64,000 nucleotides of DNA. It comes from a candidate division FCPU426 bacterium (GTDB lineage Bacteria > Oederibacteriota > Muellerivitia > Muellerivitales > Muellerivitaceae). The first letter of the stretch is position 1. Each line of letters opens with the position of its first letter. Under the pieces are notes generated by a model. That model ran no database searches. It was not told the DNA's origin and worked only from the letters and a program-made list of their open reading frames with translations. Both the position numbers and the translations under genes were made by a program. Positions 27,983-37,147 of this stretch are shown piece after piece. The stretch lies in NCBI GenBank assembly GCA_963796105.1, contig CAWCKJ010000003.1:576001-640000 (forward strand), read 5' to 3'.

Positions 27983-30367
27983 CTAAGAAATCTGCGCAAG
28001 ATTCAGGACAGCCTGGTAACGGCTTTCCAATCTCGTCCTTAAGAACCGGTTCTCTTCCCGAACCAACCCCGGGTCTTTGGTCACCAGTGCTTGCGCATCC
28101 CTTCTCGCTTCTTCCACCACATCCACATCCCTCTTCAAATCCACGATCCCGCCTTCCCTGCGCCCCGACTGGGCCACGCCAAAAATCTCGCCGGGTCCCC
28201 TCATTTTCAAGTCAAACTCTGACAGCTTGAACCCATCCAGGGTGGAAACCATGATTTTCGTGCGCTCCACGGCTTCGGATGAAATCAATGGTGAAGTCAC
28301 CAGGAAACAATAGGATTGGGCCTCACCCCTCCCCACCCTTCCACGCAATTGGTGCAATTGAGCCAGCCCGAACCTCTCTGAATGCTCCACCACCATAATG
28401 GTGGCGTTGGATATATCCACCCCAACCTCCACAACCGTGGTTGATACCAGGAGCTGGTATTCCTTCCTCAAGAACGCCGCCATGACCCGGTCTTTTTCCT
28501 CTTTCTTCATCTTCCCATGCAACAATCCCACCCGGAACCCGTGGAAAACTTCCTTCTCGAAATAGTGGTGCATCTGGATGGCGGACTTCAGGAACAGCTT
28601 GGATTCCTCCACGACCGGGAAAACCCAGAATGCCTGCTCGCCTTTCAAAAGCCTAGACTTGACGAAATCGTAAACCTCTTGCTTACGGCTTTCGCTTTTC
28701 CAAAAAGTCTGGATGGCTTTTCTCCCCTTTGGGAACTCGTCCAAAACCGACAAATCCGTATCCCCATATTCCGTCAGGACCAATGCCCTTGGAAATGGCG
28801 TGGCCGTCATCATGAGGCAATCGGGCCGTTTCCCCTTCTCCTCCAGCGCGGCCCTTTGGAGAACCCCGAATTTATGGCGCTCGTCGATGACCAGGAAACC
28901 CAGGTTCTGGAATTGGATATCCTCCTCCAAAAGCGCGTGGGTTCCGACCGCCAGGTCAATCTCGCCTGATTTCAACCTGGCCAATGCCTCCCTTTTCGCC
29001 TTGGCCCTCATGTCCCCGGTAAAAAGCAGGATCTTCATCCCCAGGGGTTCCAAAAGGCGCGTCAAGGTTTGGAAATGCTGTTGGGCTAGGATTTCAGTCG
29101 GGGCCATGAAGGCGCTCTGGACTCCCGAGTCAGCCGCGTAGAGGAACGAGATGGCCGCCACCAGGGTCTTGCCGCTTCCCACATCCCCCTGTAAAAGCCG
29201 GTTCATGGGATAGGGCTTGGCCATGTCCTCCCGGATTTCCTTCAGGACTTTTTTCTGGGCCCCGGTCAATTGATAAGGGATGGTTTTCCGGAATTGGAGT
29301 ATTTGGCTTCCCTCAAAAACATACTGCCGTCCCTTTTCGCGCCGCTCGATTTCCCTTCGCTTGAGCAGAAGGAACGATTGGAGAAGCAGAAGCTCGTCAT
29401 AGGCCAGCCTCTTGCGGGATTCCTCGAATCGTTCAAGAGTCTCAGGCTTGTGAATGCCAAGGATGGCGTCGGCGAGCGATATTTTCTCCCTCGGTGTTTT
29501 GTCCCCCGTCTCACGGAGAAGGCCCTCATATTTCCCCAGGACGGAATTGATCGTGTTACGCCAGAAAGCCTGGTTCAAGGTCGGGGTGGAAGGGTACATG
29601 ACGACTACCTTTCCATCCCTCAGGGCCTTTTCCTCCTCCGGCAAAAGGAACTCGAAGGTCTCGCCTTTCCCCACCACCTGCTTTCCCCACTTCGACGATT
29701 GGGGCGCCTCATGGAGGATGACCCAACGGCCATTCACCATTTCTTTTTTGAGGAAGGGCCGGTTGTACCAAATCCAGGCCAAGTGCCCGCTCGCGTCCTC
29801 CAAATTCACCTTCATGGTCTCCCTCTTCCACTGGCTGGTGCTGGAGACCCCGTTGATCCGGGCAAGGATGAAAGCAGGCTCCTCCAGGTTGGCGCATTGG
29901 GCGATGGGCTTGAAGTGGCTCGCATGAAGCGCCCATTTGGGCCCGTAATAAAGCAGGTCTTCCACAGTCTTGAGGCGGGTGAGCTGGAAAGCGCGGGTCT
30001 TATCTTTTGGAATGAAGGGCAAAACCGAGTCGGACAAACTGAGCCTATGGGTCGAAACGGGGGGCGGGACTGGTATGGGCTGGTCCTGCCAGGCCTTGAT
30101 CCTGTCGCAGGCGGAAAGCACCAGCTTTTCCCGCTCCTCTTTGGATAGGGTCATGTACTGCGAAAAGGACCTGCGAAGGTCAAGGAGTTGGGCCTTTAAA
30201 TCAGCCTCAGCGGGGGCGTTCGAGGCCAGTTTGGGGGTAATTTCGTCCAGTCTTTCCAGGATATAGCGGTCCAAACCGCCGACCACGGAACGGTTCAGGT
30301 ACCCCTTTTTTTGTTCCAGAAGCAGGGGTTTCAATAATGGTTTGAGTTTTTGCGCGACCAGCGACAT
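27983..30367 (-). CDS. recG: ATP-dependent DNA helicase RecG
   Basis: LLQGDVGSGKT, DERH, MTATPFPR, QLRGRVGRG and RGPGE...QSG motifs. Confidence 0.97.
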   Translation of the reverse strand: MSLVAQKLKPLLKPLLLEQKKGYLNRSVVGGLDRYILERLDEITPKLASNAPAEADLKAQLLDLRRSFSQYMTLSKEEREKLVLSACDRIKAWQDQPIPVPPPVSTHRLSLSDSVLPFIPKDKTRAFQLTRLKTVEDLLYYGPKWALHASHFKPIAQCANLEEPAFILARINGVSSTSQWKRETMKVNLEDASGHLAWIWYNRPFLKKEMVNGRWVILHEAPQSSKWGKQVVGKGETFEFLLPEEEKALRDGKVVVMYPSTPTLNQAFWRNTINSVLGKYEGLLRETGDKTPREKISLADAILGIHKPETLERFEESRKRLAYDELLLLQSFLLLKRREIERREKGRQYVFEGSQILQFRKTIPYQLTGAQKKVLKEIREDMAKPYPMNRLLQGDVGSGKTLVAAISFLYAADSGVQSAFMAPTEILAQQHFQTLTRLLEPLGMKILLFTGDMRAKAKREALARLKSGEIDLAVGTHALLEEDIQFQNLGFLVIDERHKFGVLQRAALEEKGKRPDCLMMTATPFPRALVLTEYGDTDLSVLDEFPKGRKAIQTFWKSESRKQEVYDFVKSRLLKGEQAFWVFPVVEESKLFLKSAIQMHHYFEKEVFHGFRVGLLHGKMKKEEKDRVMAAFLRKEYQLLVSTTVVEVGVDISNATIMVVEHSERFGLAQLHQLRGRVGRGEAQSYCFLVTSPLISSEAVERTKIMVSTLDGFKLSEFDLKMRGPGEIFGVAQSGRREGGIVDLKRDVDVVEEARRDAQALVTKDPGLVREENRFLRTRLESRYQAVLNLAQIS

Positions 30368-30567
30368 TCAAGCCTCTGGCTAAAGGGATGGAAGACGCGT
30401 CATCATAGCATTTTCCCCTGGAAACTTGGCCCCAGTAGAAACCTGAAAATACCTGTTAAATTTCCGCGACTTTGCTTATAATGCCGCCCTTGGTCGGCCC
30501 TCCGGAAAGAACATTCGGGGACAGCCTGGGCCACCCATCATATTCTAAAAGTTTGAGGAGAGCTTTC

Positions 30568-30873
30568 ATGGCGCAAGTTTGTGACATCTGTGCGAAGGGC
30601 CCGATCAAGGCCCGTAAGATTACCCGTCGGGGAAAAACCAAAAAATCAGGCGGTATCGGGTTGAACATCACCGGCGTTCATCTCAGGCGCCAAATGGCCA
30701 ATCTGCACGTCATCCGGGCCATGGTCAATGGGAGCCCCAAGAAACTGCTGGTCTGCACCCGTTGTCTTCGTTCGGGAAAGATCACCAAGCGCCCGACGGT
30801 CCGCAAGCCTATCGTCGCAGCGGCCCCAGTAGCGCCGGCCGCTCCCGCAGCTCCAGCCGCAGCCCAAGCCTAG
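30568..30873 (+). CDS. rpmB: 50S ribosomal protein bL28 with Ala/Pro-rich tail
   Basis: MAQVCDICAKG...RRQMANL...VCTRCLRSG; GAGGAG RBS. Confidence 0.93.
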   Translation: MAQVCDICAKGPIKARKITRRGKTKKSGGIGLNITGVHLRRQMANLHVIRAMVNGSPKKLLVCTRCLRSGKITKRPTVRKPIVAAAPVAPAAPAAPAAAQA

Positions 30874-30953
30874 AAACTCTAATTTAAACTGATCCCTGTG
30901 CGGTGCGAAGCACCACTGTGGTTAAGCTGATTTTCCGTTGGTTGTTTTTAGGT

Positions 30954-31358
30954 TTATCGAAGAGCCCTGCCTAGCAGTTTCCAAGTGTTGCCCTTCCAGG
31001 CCCAAACAAAGGTTTCCGAGGAAAAGCTTTGCACGCTTCCCACCTGGAACGTCCAATTCAACTTAACCTTGGCGGTCTTATCGTTGAGCCAGGCCATGGA
31101 GGCGATTTGGCCGCCCGTCAAGGTCGAGCCGTCCACCCAGCTTTTTTTCAAGGCGCTTTCCAAGGCTTCCGGGCTGTCAAAGGTCCCTGCCGTCATCCCG
31201 TAAACCCCGCTCCAATTTCCCTGCACCACCGAGTTGGCGAAATTTTCGGTCATAATCTTCAAAGCTTGTTCCCTCCCCACCTTTTCCTCGGGGGATATGG
31301 AACAACCCACCATTCCAAGGACCAGGATTCCAACCGCGGCCAGCCATAAATTCCTCAT
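30954..31358 (-). CDS. lipoprotein, possibly NTF2-like
   Basis: Lipobox MVGC after a signal peptide. Confidence 0.65.
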   Translation of the reverse strand: MRNLWLAAVGILVLGMVGCSISPEEKVGREQALKIMTENFANSVVQGNWSGVYGMTAGTFDSPEALESALKKSWVDGSTLTGGQIASMAWLNDKTAKVKLNWTFQVGSVQSFSSETFVWAWKGNTWKLLGRALR

Positions 31359-31389
31359 AGAAGCGCCTCTTCCGTTTACCAGTTAAAAG

Positions 31390-31845
31390 CTATTTAAGAA
31401 ACTTCTTCTCGATATCCTTTATTTCCTGCACCCGGCGGGCGTGTCGTCCCTTGTCGTCGAATGTAAGGGAGAGCCAATAGTCCGCCAGTTTCAGGTTGGC
31501 CTCGATCGGCAAATCCCGCCCGGCCAAAACCAGGACATTGCAATCGTTGTGGGTTTTCGTGTCATGGGCCATCTTTTCCGACATCACCAGCCCCGCCCGG
31601 ACCCCAGGGACCTTGTTGGCCACGATGGACATGCCCAGCCCGTTGCCGCAAAGCAGGACACCCTGGTCCACCTTTTTTTGCGCCACGGCTTCGGCGACTT
31701 TCTCGGCGTAAACGGGATAATCGTCATTGGGATCGATCTTGACCGCACCGCAATCCAGCACCTCATGGCCTGACGCCTTGAAATGCTTGATGAGCGCCTC
31801 CCTTGCGTCGAATCCGGCGTGGTCGGCCCCAATTGCGATTTTCAT
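31390..31845 (-). CDS. rpiB: ribose-5-phosphate isomerase B
   Basis: IGADHAG, DDYP, CGNGLG, ANKVPG, HND and RHARRV motifs. Confidence 0.95.
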   Translation of the reverse strand: MKIAIGADHAGFDAREALIKHFKASGHEVLDCGAVKIDPNDDYPVYAEKVAEAVAQKKVDQGVLLCGNGLGMSIVANKVPGVRAGLVMSEKMAHDTKTHNDCNVLVLAGRDLPIEANLKLADYWLSLTFDDKGRHARRVQEIKDIEKKFLK

Positions 31846-31854
31846 TTTCTCCCC

Positions 31855-32310
31855 TTAAGCCTGGCCGAATCGGCCGGCGGATTTTAAAAGATAAGTTTCC
31901 ATCTGCCCCAGCACCCTCCGGTAAGCCTCCAAAGGCTGGCCTATCGGGTCCTCGACATCCTCCTGCCCCATCCCCGCGAACTCGGAAAAAAGAAAAACCT
32001 TCCCCGCCAAATCCGGCAGTTTCTTGAGAATCATCTCCTTGTGCCTTTGCGTCATGGTCAGGATCATGTCGCTTTCCACGGCCTCCGCCTTTCCCAAAGG
32101 CCTGCTTTGGTGCCCCGAGAGGTCGATCCCCTTTTCGAGGGCCGCCTCCATGGCCTCAGCCGTGGCAGGCACCCCGGCGAAAGCGGCCAGCCCGGCTGAC
32201 CTCACATTGAGGGAAAGCCCCTTCTCAACCGCCCATTTTTTAAGCAAACCCTCAGCCATGGGACTGCGGCAGGTGTTTCCGGTGCAAATGAAGAGGATAT
32301 TTTTGAACAA
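31855..32310 (-). CDS. low-molecular-weight protein phosphatase (YwlE-like arginine phosphatase)
   Basis: CTGNTCRS P-loop and DP motif; ywlC-ywlE-ywlF gene order. Confidence 0.9.
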   Translation of the reverse strand: MFKNILFICTGNTCRSPMAEGLLKKWAVEKGLSLNVRSAGLAAFAGVPATAEAMEAALEKGIDLSGHQSRPLGKAEAVESDMILTMTQRHKEMILKKLPDLAGKVFLFSEFAGMGQEDVEDPIGQPLEAYRRVLGQMETYLLKSAGRFGQA

Positions 32311-32337
32311 AGCGTTTCTCCAGGGGAAAGCGGGGCG

Positions 32338-33009
32338 TTATCCCTGGATCAGCTGTTCCAGGTAATGTTCGATTCTCGCGACTTCCTCAAGGGAAACACA
32401 GCCGGTTCGGACAATATGGTAATCACTGCGCTCAATTCGGGCGACGGCGGTCTCTCCGCCCAGGGGGCAGACCCCAGCGTCGATGGCCGCGTCCACCACG
32501 TCGAGGATTCCGGGGTCGATCTCGTCAAAACGAACGGGGCTCCTGGCCCCCGAGAAATTGGCGCTGGAAACAACCAATGTGTCCCCGACATTGCGGAGCA
32601 ATTCCAAGGCGATGCCATGGTCGGGACAGCGAAGGGCGACGGTTCCATCCGGTCCTATCGCGCCTGGAGCCAGGGAAGCCACCTTGGCTTTCTTGATCAG
32701 GGTCCAGGGGCCGGGCCAGATTTTCTTGAGGACATCCAGATCCCTATCCCTGAAATCGGCGATCTCAAGGGCCACTTCCGGCCGTGAAATCAGGATGGAG
32801 AGGGACTGGTTCATGGGGCGGTCTTTCAACTTGAATATGCGCTTGAGGGCGTCAGGCTTCCGCACGGAACAGCCGATATCATAGACGGTGTCCGTAGGGA
32901 AAACGGCTATCCCGCCGCTTTTAAGCACCCTCGCCACTTCCAATAGGTTTGGCTGGGTGAAGGGCAAGGATTTTATGTCGGTTTCTTTACCGTTCATTTT
33001 CTTTCTCAT
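32338..33009 (-). CDS. tsaC: L-threonylcarbamoyladenylate synthase (YrdC/TsaC)
   Basis: FPTDTVY, KDR, WPGPWT and SSAN motifs; start uncertain. Confidence 0.85.
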   Translation of the reverse strand: MRKKMNGKETDIKSLPFTQPNLLEVARVLKSGGIAVFPTDTVYDIGCSVRKPDALKRIFKLKDRPMNQSLSILISRPEVALEIADFRDRDLDVLKKIWPGPWTLIKKAKVASLAPGAIGPDGTVALRCPDHGIALELLRNVGDTLVVSSANFSGARSPVRFDEIDPGILDVVDAAIDAGVCPLGGETAVARIERSDYHIVRTGCVSLEEVARIEHYLEQLIQG

Positions 33010-33218
33010 TTCGTAAACATCCCCGTTTAAATACATCAATATCCAGTCACATGATTTTCTCAAAGAAACACGAATATTTCAGCAGGAAACCGTACTTTTT
33101 TTCGAGTTTTCTCTGAGTCCGTTCGTTGCCACAATCTAAAAAGACTCGGTTGACTATTCAAGCTTTGGACGGTCCATCAGGCATCAAAAGTTGCGTCTTT
33201 GGCGGGTTGGAACTGAAA

Positions 33219-33339
33219 CCTCTGAAAAACTTATATAAAGCTTCAAACAGAGGTTTCGACCCCAAAAATTTCCGCAGGAAATTGTGGGGTTACCATTAAT
33301 GGTTGCTGAAAAGTCGGCGAATTGCCGACTTTTCAGAGC
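33219..33339. mobile_element. diverged MITE-like element related to 5765-5894
   Basis: CTCTGAAAA...TTTTCAGAG ends; shared core CGACCCCAAA-stem-GCA-stem-GTGGGGTT. Confidence 0.6.
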
Positions 33340-33346
33340 ATAAAAA

Positions 33347-34648
33347 CTATTTTTTTCCAAATTTATATTTATAAACCTTGTTTTTCAAGGCGCGCCAGCC
33401 GATGTCCTTGCGGTAATGGGCGCCTTCGAATTTGATCAACTCGACCGCCTGGTAAGCGGTAAACAGGGCCTCACGGATGTCATTTCCAACACCTGTGACG
33501 CAAAGAACCCTTCCACCCGTCGTGACAACCTGGCCGTCCCTAACGCCAGTCCCGGCGTGGAAGATAACGCTGTTGGGTATTCGAGAAGCTTCCTGGAGTC
33601 CCGTGATGGATTTGCCCTTGGGATAACTCCCTGGATATCCCTGGGAAGCCATCACTACGCTGGCCGAGGCGCCCTCATCCCACTCGATTTTGGATTCCGA
33701 TAGCTTCCCTTTCGCCACCGCCATGCAGATATCCACGAAATCGGACTTAAGCCTGGGTAAAACCACCTGGGTCTCGGGATCTCCGAACCGGCAGTTATAT
33801 TCAATGACCTTGGGGCCGTTCTCGTCGATCATCAGACCCGCGTAAAGCACGCCCCGGTAAAGGATGCCCATGCGCTTCAGGGCCTCCACGGTGGGCTTGA
33901 GGATCTTATCCATGACTTCTACGTTGATTTCATCTGTCACGACCGGAGCGGGAGAATAGGCCCCCATGCCGCCGGTATTGGGGCCCTTGTCCCCGTCATT
34001 CACCCTTTTATGATCCTGGGCGCTGACCATGGGAACGATGGTATCCCCATCCACGAATGCCAGGATGGAGGCCTCCTCGCCATCCAGGAATTCCTCAATG
34101 ACGACCTTGTCCCCCGCTTCCCCGAAAACCTTCTTTTTCATGGCTTCTTCCAAGGCCGCTTCCGCCTGGGCGCGGGTCTCGCAAACAGTCACTCCCTTGC
34201 CGGCGGCCAACCCGTCGGCCTTGATGACGACAGGAATCTTTTGGAACTTCAAATAAAACATGGCCTTGTCGTAACTGGTGAAGGTCTCGGCCTTGGCGGT
34301 GGGGATGTTGTTATCAAACAGGAGTTTCTTGGTGAAGGCCTTGCTGGATTCCACTTGGGCCCCCGCCTTGGAAGGCCCGAACACGAGGAAACCTTCCTTC
34401 ACAAGATCATCCGCCAAACCCATGGAGAGGGGTACTTCCGGCCCTACCACCACCAGATCAGGCTTGTGGTCTTTTGCCCACTTTAATAAGCCGGAAATAT
34501 CCTCAGCCTTGATATCCAAGCATTCCGATGTTTGGGAGATGCCAGCGTTTCCCGGCACGCAATAGATCTTGGGTTTATGGGAAGATTTTGCCAGCGCCCA
34601 GCAAATGGCGTGCTCCCGGCCTCCTGAACCCACTACCAAAATGTTCAT
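33347..34648 (-). CDS. purD: phosphoribosylamine-glycine ligase
   Basis: GSGGREHA, KADGLAAGKG and GPNTGGMG motifs. Confidence 0.98.
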   Translation of the reverse strand: MNILVVGSGGREHAICWALAKSSHKPKIYCVPGNAGISQTSECLDIKAEDISGLLKWAKDHKPDLVVVGPEVPLSMGLADDLVKEGFLVFGPSKAGAQVESSKAFTKKLLFDNNIPTAKAETFTSYDKAMFYLKFQKIPVVIKADGLAAGKGVTVCETRAQAEAALEEAMKKKVFGEAGDKVVIEEFLDGEEASILAFVDGDTIVPMVSAQDHKRVNDGDKGPNTGGMGAYSPAPVVTDEINVEVMDKILKPTVEALKRMGILYRGVLYAGLMIDENGPKVIEYNCRFGDPETQVVLPRLKSDFVDICMAVAKGKLSESKIEWDEGASASVVMASQGYPGSYPKGKSITGLQEASRIPNSVIFHAGTGVRDGQVVTTGGRVLCVTGVGNDIREALFTAYQAVELIKFEGAHYRKDIGWRALKNKVYKYKFGKK

Positions 34649-34657
34649 TTCAATTCC

Positions 34658-36232
34658 TCAGTGTTTGAAATGCCTGTAATTCGTGAAGATCATCGGGATG
34701 CCGTGCTGGTTGGCGGCCTCGATGACTTCCTTGTCCCTCACGCTCCCACCGGTCTGGATGATGGCCGCGATTCCGGCTTTGGCGCAGGCGTCCACGCTGT
34801 CCCGGAAGGGCAAAAGCGCGTCGGAGGCCATCACGCATCCCTTGGCCTTTTCCCCCGCCTGGGCAATGGCGATCTCAAGGGATCCCACACGGTTCATCTG
34901 GCCCGCTCCCACGCCGATGGAAACCCCGTCCTTGACCAGCACGATGGCGTTGGATTTAACGTGCTTCACGAGCTTCCAGCCGAATTCCATGTCTTTGGCC
35001 AAGTTGGCGGCGGGCTGTTTGTCCGTCACCACTTTATACTGGAACTTATCCTCCACGACCTGGTCGAACTCCTGGACCAGGAATCCACCCTGGACCCTCC
35101 TCACATGATAACCCTGGACCATGTCCTTCATGGTCCCCAATCCCTCCACCGTCATGACGCGCAAATTCTTGCGGGCCTCGAATAGCTTGACGGCCCCCGC
35201 GTCATAGGAAGGCGCGATCATGATCTCGAAGAAACTCAACTTTTCCAGGATGGCCTTGGCGGCTTTCTCATTGACTGGTCGGTTGACAGCCACAATGCCG
35301 CCAAAAGCTGAAACAGAGTCCGCCTCATAAGCCTTCACGAAGGCCTCGATGACATCCCCCGCCACGGCCGTTCCACAGGGATTGGTGTGCTTGATGATGG
35401 CGGCCGCCGGTTCGTCGAATTCCTTGACCAGCATGAGCGCCGAGTCCGCGTCCATGATGTTGTTGTAGGAAAGCTCCTTCCCCTGCAACTGCTTCCCGTT
35501 CACGATCGTGGGAAGGTTGTTCTTGCGGTCGAGGTAAACCGCGGCCGGCTGGTGGGGATTTTCCCCGTAGCGCATTTCCTGGAGCTTTACCCCGGACATC
35601 GTGAAAATATCGGGCCATTTCTTTTCCGAAAGATGCCGGTGCAGGTACTCGTGGATCATCCCGTCGTACCGGGCGGTGGTGCCAAAGGCCTCGATGGCCA
35701 ATTCCTGCCGCAGTTTGAAGGTGGTGGCCCCGTCGTTTTCCTTCATTTCCTTGATGATGTCCGCGTAGCGGGCCGGGGAAACCACTACCGTCACGCTTCG
35801 GTAGTTCTTGGAAGCTGACCGGATCATGGAAGGCCCGCCGATGTCGATATTCTCGATGGCCACGTGCAGTTCCACGTTGGGCTTGGAAATGGTGGCCTCA
35901 AAGGGGTAGAGATTCACGCAAACCAGGTCGATCGGCTTGATGTTGTGCTTGGCGATCGTGTCCATGTGTTCCTTGTTGTCGCGAAGGGAAAGCAGTCCCC
36001 CGTGCACCACGGGATGCAGGGTCTTCACCCGGCCGTCGAGCATCTCCGGGAAACCCGTCACCTCAGAGATGTCCTTCACGGGTATTCCCGCGTCCTTGAT
36101 GGCCTTGGAGGTCCCGCCGGTGGAGATCAGCTCTACCCCCTGGGACACCAAAACCTTAGCAAACTCGATCAACCCCGTCTTGTCCGACACACTCAATAAC
36201 GCCCTTTTGATTTTCACCAAGTCCTCTGCCAT
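34658..36232 (-). CDS. purH: AICAR transformylase / IMP cyclohydrolase
   Basis: ALLSVSDK, GRVKTLHP, RYGENPHQ and RHFKH motifs. Confidence 0.98.
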   Translation of the reverse strand: MAEDLVKIKRALLSVSDKTGLIEFAKVLVSQGVELISTGGTSKAIKDAGIPVKDISEVTGFPEMLDGRVKTLHPVVHGGLLSLRDNKEHMDTIAKHNIKPIDLVCVNLYPFEATISKPNVELHVAIENIDIGGPSMIRSASKNYRSVTVVVSPARYADIIKEMKENDGATTFKLRQELAIEAFGTTARYDGMIHEYLHRHLSEKKWPDIFTMSGVKLQEMRYGENPHQPAAVYLDRKNNLPTIVNGKQLQGKELSYNNIMDADSALMLVKEFDEPAAAIIKHTNPCGTAVAGDVIEAFVKAYEADSVSAFGGIVAVNRPVNEKAAKAILEKLSFFEIMIAPSYDAGAVKLFEARKNLRVMTVEGLGTMKDMVQGYHVRRVQGGFLVQEFDQVVEDKFQYKVVTDKQPAANLAKDMEFGWKLVKHVKSNAIVLVKDGVSIGVGAGQMNRVGSLEIAIAQAGEKAKGCVMASDALLPFRDSVDACAKAGIAAIIQTGGSVRDKEVIEAANQHGIPMIFTNYRHFKH

Positions 36233-36253
36233 ATATCCTCCATTTGATTAAGG

Positions 36254-36403
36254 TGTCATCGCGAGAAGCCGCTCCAATCGGGGCGTTAGCGACGTGGCGA
36301 CCTCAGTTAGTCGTTCGATTCAGCTTTGTTATAAGCTTTAATTAAACTGTGGTTGCTTCCTCGTCATCGTCCGCCTATTCGGCGGACACTCGTCGCAATG
36401 ACA
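36254..36403. repeat. REP/RPE-like palindromic element (TGTCATYGCGAG...CGCAATGACA)
   Basis: Arms TGTCATCGCGAG..GTGGCGACC and GGTTGCTTC..TCGTCGCAATGACA; a left-arm copy lies at 37086-37136. Confidence 0.7.
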
Positions 36404-36446
36404 GAAATTTTATTATTCAACTAGGCGTTGTTTATCTTTTGATAAT

Positions 36447-37070
36447 TTAAAACAAAACTTTCACTCTGCCCTCATCCACCTTGATTTTTCCATCACAAAA
36501 CAACTTCACAGCCTCGGGATAAATCTGGTGCTCCACTTGTAATACCCTTTTGGCCAGGGATTCGGGCGTGTCATTCGGCAGGACCTTCACGCTTCCCTGA
36601 AGGATAATGGGCCCCGCGTCCACTCCCTCCGTCACGAAATGCACCGTTACCCCAGACTCCTTCTCCTTGGCCGCTATGACCGCCTCATGAACATGGTGGC
36701 CGTACATGCCTGGACCCCCGAACTTTGGCAAGAGAGCCGGATGAATGTTCATTATTCGGTTCGGGAAGGCTTTCACCATGACGCTTGTCAGTATCCGCAT
36801 ATAACCCGCGAGGCAGACAAGGTCGATCTTCTTGGCCTGGCAGATTCTCATGATTTCCCTGTCATAATCCTCCCTCGTCCCCTGGAAACCCTTACTGGGG
36901 ATGCAAACAGCCTCGATTTGGTGGTTTTCAGCCCTTTCCAGGGCCTTGGCTTCGGGAACGTTGGAGAAGACCAGGCTGATCCGCCCGGAGATGTTTCCCG
37001 ACTCCTGGGAATCGATCAAAGCCTGGAGGTTGGAGCCGCCCCCTGAAGCCAATACTGCGATTCGAATCAA
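36447..37070 (-). CDS. purN: phosphoribosylglycinamide formyltransferase
   Basis: ASGGGSNLQAL, LAGYMRIL, NIHPALLP and DAGPII motifs; TTG start chosen behind a G-rich RBS. Confidence 0.96.
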   Translation of the reverse strand: MIRIAVLASGGGSNLQALIDSQESGNISGRISLVFSNVPEAKALERAENHQIEAVCIPSKGFQGTREDYDREIMRICQAKKIDLVCLAGYMRILTSVMVKAFPNRIMNIHPALLPKFGGPGMYGHHVHEAVIAAKEKESGVTVHFVTEGVDAGPIILQGSVKVLPNDTPESLAKRVLQVEHQIYPEAVKLFCDGKIKVDEGRVKVLF

Positions 37071-37085
37071 TTGACCCCCCAGATT

Positions 37086-37136
37086 TGTCATTGCGAGCCT
37101 CCGCACCGATAGGCGCGTTTAGAGGCGTGGCAATTC
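37086..37136. repeat. half REP/RPE-like element
   Basis: TGTCATTGCGAG...GCGTGGCAATT. Confidence 0.55.
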
Positions 37137-37147
37137 CATTTAAGATT

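Noticed and set aside
26681..28172. Diversity-generating retroelement template/variable repeat pair
   Set aside because: Differences are mainly third-position synonymous rather than adenine-specific, and no reverse transcriptase is present
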